The notes under the pieces: generated by a model
The model's input: the letters and a program-made list of their open reading frames with translations, nothing else
Databases searched by the model: none
What the model was told of the DNA's origin: nothing
Shown here: one piece after another, positions 1 to 9,900 of the stretch
How positions within the stretch are numbered: the stretch's first letter is position 1
Layout of the letters: every line of letters begins with the position of its first letter
Assembly: GCA_964016885.1 (NCBI GenBank)
Contig: OZ024745.1
Coordinates: forward strand, 61,194,001-61,258,000
DNA from: Eledone cirrhosa
Lineage: Eukaryota
DNA: 64,000 nt
Direction of reading: 5' to 3'
Program-made: the position numbers and the translations under genes

Positions 1-1052
1 GAACCATTGATTCAGCTAGCGATAATCCGGTGTAGGGGACGGCTGCCTCTTCTACCAATGATACGTCCGGAACGAAGTTGTAGGCGACTTTGAAGGCTAG
101 AGCGTCCACAAGCGCCTCTTCTACATATCCCGGCTCTATGTTTCTTGAATCAATGAATCTCTTGTCCTTGTTCAGACATCCAATCATTCCATAAAACGTG
201 TGCAGGTAAGGGTTCGATCCCACAGAGAAGACACACTTATCTATCAGTCCCAAGGACTTCTGATAAGGGAAAATCCCTGTTTCCGAAGCTCCTGCATTTA
301 GGGACCTCAACATTCTCGTTATTTCGTTCGCCCCGGCTTCATTTATCATTAGGTAAAGCAGATCGGAGATGGTCAAATTAAGAATATTCATGAAGTGATT
401 CAGAACTTCGATTATGTGCATGCCTTCGTATCGGGCCAGTATAGTTCCTCTTCGCAGTAATGACAAGTCATGTGCATTATAGTTACCTGAAATGATCATT
501 TTTCACAATATGACTCAGGAAGCCGTTAAGAAGCATATCCTGATCATACCGATAAGGATGTGTCATCCTATAATTGTTAAAAGTTTTTATTATATTCTGT
601 TTATAGTCGCCGACTTCCAGACTTGTCCCCGCATTTACTACCTTATAAAGGGTGACGATATAAAGTAGTAGTCCGAGATGGTGATTTTGAGTGGACGTTG
701 TTGCGGTGGGTGTGGGGAAGCTGGAATTCTCGGTGATGGTGAAGAAGTCTGCAGGAGTGACTGTATTCTTTTGTCGAATAAAACTGTAATTCTGCAGATC
801 AGCATTAATATCGAATTTTAGATAAGACTGGCAATACCTGATCATGAAGTGTAAGATGTGTTTTGGTAGAATTTCTTGTGTGTTTGCCTTGGTTTGAATG
901 AAGTCGTGAGCCGCGTTAACATCTCCCCCAGAGAAGATGGTTACTTGCTGGGGCTGAAAGGATTCAGAATTAAAAACGTCAAAGTCCTTAGTCGTCTTGC
1001 TAAGGCTAAATTTCAGCTCCTCATGACCAGTGGAATTGGAAGAATTAGACAT
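1..1052 (-). pseudogene. Endogenous rhabdovirus-like (Mononegavirales) nucleoprotein N gene, frameshifted near 483, running off the window start
   Basis: The 189-aa ORF 1052-483 ends ..KNDHFR*. Manual translation of the shifted frame from 481 to 1 is open: YNAHDLSLLRRGTILARYEGMHIIEVLNHF..EAGANEITRML..GIFPYQKSLGLIDKCVFSVGSNPYLHTFYGMIGCLNKDKRFIDSRN. This is colinear with vesiculovirus N motifs RYGTIVSRFKDC, SYMPYLIDFGLSSKSPYSSVKNPAFH and RSTRARNAR. It is intronless and more GC/CpG-rich than the host introns. Confidence 0.85.
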
Positions 1053-2009
1053 AATGGATTGAAGGATTATAAAGACAACAGTAAAATACGATAAATCCGT
1101 GTTGTCTAATTATTAACATTAAATGTTAATGGTAAGTGTTGTAAGAATAGCTGTGGACGAAGCTATTATGGTAGTTTACCAGAGCTGGCAAGAAGATGAT
1201 GGGTAGGCGAGGAAATGTTGGCCTCCCAGATGTATTGCCGAATGTGCTAGGGAGCTAGGAAAAAATGGCCGGCCGCTTTGATAAGAAAAAAAGCAAGCTG
1301 AGCGATATCCAATTTTAGCCGCTTACTACAATGTATGAGGCTATTCCAACAAATTTACATTCCCCTTTTTTTAGCCGTTAAAAGAAATATAGATTTATGC
1401 CGCTTACTTGCTGTAGTTGCTGCTTACTTCAATGTATGAGGCTATTCCAACAAATTTACATTCCCCTTTTTTTAGCCGTTAAAAGAAATATAGATTTATT
1501 TATTGTTTTTTTTTTGCGATTTATTTGCTACTGGGGCATAGATTTCTTTATTTGCCCCTTCTTTGTTTGTTTTTTTGCGATTTATTAGCCTTTTGGGGTC
1601 ACACACACCCCCGTAGAAAGTGTGCGACCTTTCTGCCAGGGAGCACAGAGAGAGGGGGGGTGCTCCCTTCTTCTCTTACCTGTACAAGCCGATATAGAGA
1701 GATGGCCCACTTACACGGGCCATTATTGCTACTTTCACCCATCTTTCATGGAATTGGCTGGGACTGAGTGCCTTTTTCTCCACCTTGATCCTTCTTTCGA
1801 AGTGGTATCGGAAGAAGAGGACCATTTGTTGGCCGGCGACATATCCCCACAGTTTCCTCGTTGCAAACGCATCTGGGACATTTCTTTTCCAAGGGGTTTC
1901 CGTCCCGGAATCCGTGTCTGTAGAGCCTTTCCCGAACGGGCAGGGCCCCTCGGTATAATAGTAAGTATTAGTGGTTGTAATAAAAATGCAATCAAAATGT
2001 AATAAATAC

Positions 2010-2145
2010 CTCCACTGATTTCTTTCCTTATATTATCAACAGAAGTTGGTATGTCACCCAAAGTTCGCTTTGTATGTTCCCGAATAGCAGTGAATTTTGA
2101 TAAAACTGTTTCTAATTCCTTCTCCAGAGTAAGACAAATATCCAT
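2010..2145 (-). pseudogene. RMND5: Captured first coding exon of an RMND5-like gene (left arm, inverted copy)
   Basis: Reverse complement of 2319-2454 with a few substitutions (R/K, E/G) and the same GTATTT donor. Confidence 0.75.
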
Positions 2146-2318
2146 GTGTAGTCCAAAAAGATATAAATCTTTAAAAAAATTATAATAATTCTTTATTATT
2201 ATTTTCTTTTTCTGTAAATAATTATTTTTCTATATATCTCAAACCCTGCCAAACACCACATCTGTCTATCTGTAAATTTAAATGACTGTTCTTTCATACT
2301 TATCCTCTTCAACTACAC

Positions 2319-2454
2319 ATGGATATTTGTCTTACTCTGGAGAAGGAATTAGAAACAGTTTTATCAAAATTCACTGCTATTCGGGAACATACAAAGCGAA
2401 CTTTGGGTGACATACCAACTTCTGTTGATAATATAAGGAGAGAAATCAGTGAAG
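2319..2454 (+). pseudogene. RMND5: Captured first coding exon of an RMND5/GID2-like CTLH E3 ligase gene (right arm copy)
   Basis: MDICLTLEKELETVLSKFTAIREHTKRTLGDIPTSVDNIRREISE resembles the vertebrate RMND5A N-terminus (MDQCVTVERELEKVLHKF..). It ends at a phase-1 donor GAAG|GTATTT, after which the similarity stops. Confidence 0.75.
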
Positions 2455-3179
2455 GTATTTATTACATTTTGATTGCATTTTTATTACAACCACTAATACT
2501 TACTATTATACCGAGGGGCCCTGCCCGTTCGGGAAAGGCTCTACAGACACGGATTCCGGGACGGAAACCCCTTGGTAAAGAAATGTCCCAGATGCGTTTG
2601 CAACGAGGAAACTGTGGGGATATGTCGCCAGCCAACAAATGGTCCTCTTCTTCCAATACCACTTCGAAAGAAGGATCAAGGTGGAGAAAAAGGCACTCAG
2701 TCCCAGCCAATTCCATGAAAGATGTGTGAAAGTAGCAATAATGGCCCGTGTAAGTGGGCCATCTCTCTATATCGGCTTGTACAGGTAAGAGAAGAAGGGA
2801 GCACCCCCCTCTCTCTGTGCTCCCTGGCAGAAAGGTCGCACACTTTCTACGGGGGTGTGTGTGACCCCAAAAGGCTAATAAATCGCAAAAAAACAAACAA
2901 AAAAGGGGCAAATAAAGAAATCTATGCCCCAGTGGCAAATAAATCGCAAAAAAAAAACAATAAATAAATCTATATTTCTTTTAACGGCTAAAAAAAGGGG
3001 AATGTAAATTTGTTGGAATAGCCTCATACATTGAAGTAAGCAGCAACTACAGCAAGTAAGCGGCATTTAGGCCGCTAAAATTGGATATCGCTCCCGATTC
3101 GAACATTCCAAATGTTAAGCCACTCCACATAGCCATTAAAACGAATGGCGAATTCAAATAGGCTGCGTTTTCATACCTA

Positions 3180-3431
3180 ATCACGTCGGGTCACCAATTT
3201 AGCAGAGAGTTATATTTTGAGAGTTGTAATGTCGCCACGAGGAACCATCTTTGGTAGAAAGATATGATAGGAATATCGACAATGACTTTAGCTTGTTTTA
3301 CATAATTTATTAACAAAGGTTAAGAAGTGAATTAAGCTGGCATGCCAGAATAATGAAATAATTCAATTAAGATTACAAGAGAAAATACGGTCGTTTGGCC
3401 AGGTCCGTAGTAAAATTGTTGTGTCGTTACA
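3180..3431 (-). mobile_element. LTR (3431-3198) plus tRNA-Trp primer-binding site (3196-3180) of a Gypsy-like retrotransposon
   Basis: The minus strand begins TGTAACG, contains AATAAA and ends ..CTGCTAAA (degenerate CA end). One nt later comes TGGTGACCCGACGTGAT, the complement of the tRNA-Trp 3' end with one C lost. Confidence 0.7.
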
Positions 3432-3850
3432 TATTGTTCCTCCTCCTCATCATCATCATCATCATCCTTCTTCTTGAGAGGGTTGTGGCGGGCAGAGTCC
3501 TCAAATACTCCTTCGAGTAGGTTCTGTCAGAACCAACCATCTTGCTCGAGGTCTGCCCCTAGGTCTCTTGCCCATAAAATCTGTCCAGCGATTCTTTCCT
3601 GAGACATTGAGACATTCTAACCACATTTTTATTTTATTTATTTTTTATCGGAGGTGGAGTGGGGTAAAATAAAAGAAATTATGTTTAAAAAGATTGTTTG
3701 AATGTTTATATCTTCATGTCTTCAATATTACATACCACAAAACAGAATTGTATTTTTATCCTCTGAAACATAACTTTAAAACAGTGAATATTATGATGAA
3801 GAGATTGCAAGAATTAGTGTCTTTTCATGGTTCTGATATTTTCTTCCCAG

Positions 3851-3978
3851 AGTGCCGACAGATTCTTCTTCCTATGATCTTGACTCACACATCTGAACTG
3901 CTGAACAACAAACGAGAAATGCCAGAATGTGCCAATGTTCTCAGTGATATCTTGGACAATTTCTACTGCACAAGAAAT
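3851..3978 (+). CDS. DOCK1: DOCK exon ([25 protein letters not shown])
   Basis: CCCAG acceptor, GTAATT donor; resembles DOCK1 DCREILLPMM. Confidence 0.9.
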
Positions 3979-6900
3979 GTAATTTATTTATTTGTTTTTA
4001 CTAAAATCTTTTAATTGTACAGTAATTCTTGCTTACATTGCATATTTTTCTGGACGTAGGATTCCAACATCATCATCGTCATCTTAATATCAGCTTTCTC
4101 TGCTAGCAATGGTTGGGAGAACATCCAGCTGTAAAATATTGTCTGAAAACATTCCATCCAACCCATACCAACATGGAAAAATGTACATTAAATGGGTGAT
4201 GATGATGATGATGATGATACACATTTCTGTCTAATAAATATTTTAATTTGCTAGAATCTAACATGTTATTGTAAACTAATCTACTCTGCTGAAGATGAAC
4301 TACCTGCAATTTTTGATGTTGAAAATGATTCACTTAACCATTTAGCATTTAAACCAGCCATATCGGCAAGAATTCTCTCACCTATTTCTATTCAAACCTG
4401 CTGTAACTGGCCGCTCATACTGTTCTCAAAATAAATAATATCAAAATCTCATAGATTCGATATTATGTGAGGTAAAGCCTTTACCGAGAAAATATAATAG
4501 TAAATATAGAGTAATGTAAATCCTAAAGGGTTAAACAGTATAATTTAGTACAGTACATGACTTTATCCACAACAGATTTACTTAATGCACAAATGTCTGA
4601 TTTAATCTACATGTAAAAATAATGTATGGTAAAATAAGTTAATTTGTTGAATTTGTATTTTTTTTTTATATTTTTGTTTATATTTTTTTTATAGGTTGAG
4701 GATTTGTCAATAATGATACAAAAGATATTCAGAACAGTAATTCAAACAATTATTCAGATGGATTGGGCCAAAGTTCTTGTGGTATGTTCTAACCATTGTA
4801 TTATACTTTAATGTGCACAGACACCAGTATAGACTGGTCATTTTTACTTTTTTACTATTTCAAATTGACCCCCCACACACACACACACAATATCCACAAC
4901 AATAAAGATGGTTAATTTTGTCTATTGGTAGTGTGTGCATTTGTCAGGTAAGAAAGGGCTAATGTCGCTATGAAACTTTGTATCCCGTGCCAGCATAATT
5001 AAAACCACTTGCCCAAAATTAGCAAGTTGGAGGTCTTTATTGTTATTATTATTGGCAGAGTCTGTAGAGCGTCGGCCACCATGCTTCGCGGCATAGAGTT
5101 ACGGCCCTTTACTTTCTGAGTTCTAATCCCGCCAAGGTTAGCTTTGGCTTTCATCCTTACTGGGTCAATAGAATAAAGTACCAGTAATGCACTGGTGTCG
5201 ATTTAATCAACTTTCCTCTCCCTCAAAATTGTTGGCCATGTGCTTAAATCAGAAACAATTTTTATTATTATATTTTCAAGGGTGGTGGATTGGCAGTATC
5301 GGTAGAGGGTCGGACACCATGCTTTGCAGCAAAGAGTTACGGCCCTGTATGGTCTGAGTTCAAATCCCGCTGAGGTTAACTTTGCCTTTCATCCTTATGG
5401 GGTCGATAAAATAAAGTACCAGTAATACACTGGGATAATTGCTGGCCTTGTGCCAAAAGTAGAAACAATTATTATATTTTCATCTGAGGAGGAAAGGCGG
5501 TGTTCAATACTTACCATATGTACTCGAATATAAGTCGACAGTCCCCACCACCACCATTTTATATCTGAGAAATGAGCAAAAATCTAAACCCTGTGTATAA
5601 GTTGAGGCAACTAATCAACAGATTACATTTAAATGTCTCAGCTTTCAAATTCTCCTGAGAATATATTTATGAAGTTTTAATATTTTGATGTATAAAATGT
5701 TTTAAGTGTTGTTTAGTATATAGTGTTTGTTTCACAACTCTATTAGATAGTAATTTTTTACTAATTTCCATGTGTTTTAAAAGCTATATTTATTCAAAAG
5801 CCATATTTATTCATAGCACATAAAAAAGCAATAGGGAAAATAATTTCACCTTTAAAGCAAAAATATTTTAGCAATCTCATTCATGTAGAATTTGAAGTTG
5901 GTGAAAATCACCAAAATATTGACCTCGAATATAATTCCCCCTCCCCATTTTACCATTGTTTTACCATTGTTTTTTGTCACATATTTCTCAGCTTATATAT
6001 GAGAATATACAGTATGTAGCTGCTACAAAATTAGTGCCCTTGATAGAATTGATGTTCTTAGGAAAAGTTGTGTCTGACACACTAGTGTGGTATGCAGGAG
6101 GAAGATCTGCATCTCTATACTTCAACATATTCCCACAACTGGTACAGCCAGTCGTTGGGGCGCCGCTCTAGACGCTTTTGCAGTCACAGTTGTTGCCATT
6201 GGTCTTTATTTTCTGTTATACATAGAGGATCTTGGTGTTGTGTTCAGTCCAGTCCAGTCCAGTCTAGTCTCTCTCTATATACTTAATGTTACAGAAATCA
6301 GAGTTAAGTATCTGCTCTTTGTAACCTAATGATTTTTAAACATTTTAACATTTTCGCTACTTTTCTCACCCCCTTTAACAAAACATAATAAGCAAGTCTT
6401 CCCTCAGTAAAGCTAAAGCTTGATGAATATATAAAACAAAATAAATTAAACCCTAGTATCAGATTATGATGATGTCATTGTTTTTACTTTTTATAACTCC
6501 AGGGTAACTACGTTGCGATAATGATGGCCATTCTCAGTCAGATGACTGAGCACCACTACAATGTCTATATTAGTAGCTTTGCTACACGCTTCGATTTGCT
6601 GGACTTCCTCACTGAAATACTCATGATTTTACAGCATTTAATAACAATGAATGTCTACAAAAATGACTGGAATGAAATGATTCTGCATCAGAACAGGTAT
6701 TTAGTTCACAGTTTATTTATTATATTCATAAGTCTTTTAAATTGAAGGTGCATAGCTTAGTGGTTAGAGCGTTGATCACACAATCGTAAGGTTGTAAGTT
6801 TGAATCTAGGACCAAGCTGTGAATTGTGTTCTTGAGCAAGATACATTGTTTCGCGTTTCTCCAGTTCATTCAGCTCTAGAAATGAGTTGCGACACCACTG

Positions 6901-9900
6901 GTGCAAAGCTGTATCAGCCATTACCTTTTCCTTGGACAGCATCAGTGGTGTGGAGAGAGGAGACTAGCATGCATGGGCAATTGCTGGTCTTCCACAAACA
7001 CACCTTGCCCAGGCTTGTGCCTCAGAGGGGGAACTTTCCAGGTGCAAATCTCATGGCCATTCTTGACCAAGGTAAGTGGGGAGGACTACCACGATTATCA
7101 TTGTCATTATTTCACACTTGTTTGATAATACTTTCAATTTCCTTAATCTTCCAACAGCATCATTCTCCGAGCCCTAAGGTTTTTTGCCACTACAATAAAA
7201 AATAAATTTTCTGATCAATTTGAATATGAGGTAAGTATTGGTTTCTTAGATACTTCCATGCTTTTTTTTCTTTCTTCTTCTTTGCCCACTTATTCCTGAG
7301 AGGGTCATAGAGGCAGTCCTGAAACACTCTTTCCAGTGGGTCCTGTCAGAAGCAACCATCTCCAACTGATCCTGCTGGATCAGTTGGAAATGTTTTTTTT
7401 TGTGTGTGTGTTAGTTTTATTTCTTGCAAAATAGCAATCAGTTAAGATCATCAATCAGGTGTTAAAGATTCTTCCCCAACAATATGCAACTGTCCAGATT
7501 TGACAAAATCCATACCAACTACGCTTGCATGGAAATATAGATGTAAAACAATAATAAAATAAATTGAAAAGAAAATTGAAGTAAGATATAGAAAAAGCTG
7601 AAATCTGCATAGTATCCATATATTTCATTTCTGCATGCTCTCCTATTACCATAATCTTTCCTATACAGCCAAATTTGCTCTTATATTTTTTTATTTCTTA
7701 ATTTTGTTTTTATCTGTTTTTAATATTTTCATCATTGTATAACCTTTGTTCAATAAATTTAATAAAATGAAAAAAATAAATTATTATAATTTATAGTGTG
7801 AAAAAGTTCCATTCACTATAGAGAGATTTTTTAAAAAATTATTTCGCTGTCTTCTTTATACTTTGCTAGAGTCTATTTAGCAGTTGTACTTAAGAGCCTT
7901 TATTCTTGAAAATTGTTGTCTTAATTAAACCATTTCAATATAAGGATATCTCACCTGCATTACATCCATGTTTATTTAGTGAAGAAGAGAATGGAGCTGT
8001 GTGACAGCTCAGTAAATAGTGTAAAGCATGCAAGCTTAGACACATGAACAGCACCAGTCATATGTATCTTTTGACAATATGCAGCAGTTTCAAAGAATTA
8101 TGTCTTGTAGTATCTAGAAGAAGTTTCTATAAAACCACATATCTCTCTTATTTATTGAGCTATATGTTTTAAAATTTGTTTTTAAACCTTTAGTTTTGAA
8201 CCTGTCTCAAACCGGCTCTGGTTTTATGAAATATAACCACCCATTTTAAAGGTTTCCAGTTTAAATTAAAATCTTCCAACATAATTTTATGTAAGAATCT
8301 TACATTAAGTTACTATCTTAATAATGAAATAATTAATAATATTAGTAAATCTCTCAAAATTCTTCATTAGTTAATTAAAATAGTGTATTTCATTAGAAAT
8401 GTGTTCATGAAAGGATTAAATCATCTGGTAATGTTTTCCCTGAATAACCATAAATAACAAAAGAATTTTATCTCTAAAATGAGAATACCTTTCTCCTTAA
8501 TGTGACCTCATATTATTGTTTTGATGCATCAACTTATATAGATAAAACAATCTCTTTGGGATTGAGTTATTTTCTCTCATTCAATCCAAGAGTGATATTG
8601 GTCTGCTATTTTAAATCCTTTTTATAGCAAACCATCAGAAACTGGACCTATTTCTCTGATATAAAACTGCTTATTTTAAAACATTTATATTTATCTAAAA
8701 TCTTTCTTTCATAATTTTATGTAAGAACCTTTGTTAAGTTATGTTTCAAACACCACATTAGTAATGAGAAAGTTAACTATTTTAATGGATCTCTTCAAAT
8801 CTTTTATTATTTTTCAAATTATTGGCAGTGTCTTTCATTAGAATATGATAATGGAACTGTTAAACTGTTATATATTTTAAAAACAAAAAACAAATATACT
8901 GTTAAATATCAGACAAATTTGATAAAATTATTCATTTTATTTCATTGGTTATTTCAGCTGTGGAATGGATTTTTCTTCTGTGCTGTCTCATTCCTTACAC
9001 AAAAGCCATTGCAACTGGAGAAATTTTCTCCCAATAAAAGAAGTAAAATTATAGCCAGGTAAGAAGATTCTAACCAAGGATACTTCTAAGCATATTCATG
9101 TTTAACTTTTAATATCCTGTACCACATGAAACTGCATTTGTAAGATATTCTTTAAAAGTACAAATAAACATTATGATGGCATCAATTATTAAATTTTGCC
9201 AATCTATCTCTGGCAAAATTTTATTTTAAGTTGTAGCATTCCTGTAACAGTTATTTTCTTTATACATTAAAAAATCATTATACATGACCAAAAAAAGTAC
9301 ATTACAAGAAATCTGATACATTTTAAAATAAATAGGATGTGTTGGAGTCTCAATATGCAAAATAAATGACTAATTCTGTTTTTTTTTTTAAAATCAACAG
9401 AGACAGCCTATGAAATTACCGATTTTCAACCCCCCTCATTATTTGGAACCCGAAAGTACTTGTTGCATTATTTCATCATCTCCTCAATGAGGTTCAATAT
9501 TCTGAGATCTGCTTTCACCACTTCTGTCCAAGTTTTTCTCAGTCTTCCTCTTCTGCAACTTTATTAAATTAATAAGTGATATATTTCCATTATTATCATC
9601 ATTTAATTTCCCCTACTGGTAAAGGTTGAACCAATTTATCAGAGACCAAGTCAGAACTTAATTGGAGCTACTGACTTCTCAGAAGAGCCAGAAGCCCTCT
9701 TCTTACTTACAGACATTTCTGCACTCTTCATAGTGCACCAAGTGCATTTCATTGTGGCACAAGCACTAGGATAGTTGTTATATCTATGACACATCTAAAG
9801 AGTCCTCTCTGCTCTGTTTGGCAGGTTTTCTACAGCTAGAGGCCCTTCCTATTTCTTCAAATCTCAAAAATAGTTTTAAAATATATACCATGAAAGCATG

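Larger units (their letters stand above)
1301..3092. mobile_element. Foldback (long-TIR) non-autonomous DNA element carrying captured host exons
   Basis: Termini AGCGATATCCAATTTTAGC (1301) and GCTAAAATTGGATATCGCT (3092). Arms ~1301-2152 and 2312-3092 are near-identical inverted copies around a 159-nt spacer. The left end has an extra ~80-nt subterminal duplication. No transposase and no TSD are visible. Confidence 0.9.

Noticed and set aside
1735-2729. Two 136-aa ORFs as genuine duplicated genes
   Set aside because: They are mirror images in the arms of a foldback element and read through a splice donor from an RMND5-like exon into unrelated cargo.
1397-3066. Other ORFs in the foldback arms, or a transposase there
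   Set aside because: These are antisense or alternative frames; no DDE or other transposase motifs were recognised.
1293-3100. TSD around the first foldback copy
   Set aside because: The flanks GCAAGCTG and CCCGATTC do not match at any offset tried.
3694-4014. ORF-track proteins such as 3694-4014, 13031-13279, 19462-19815 and 24028-24429 as standalone genes
   Set aside because: Each is a DOCK exon plus intron read-through.
5050-5470. tRNA genes at A/B-box motifs
   Set aside because: No cloverleaf; they are SINE heads followed by a shared core and occur in many decayed copies.
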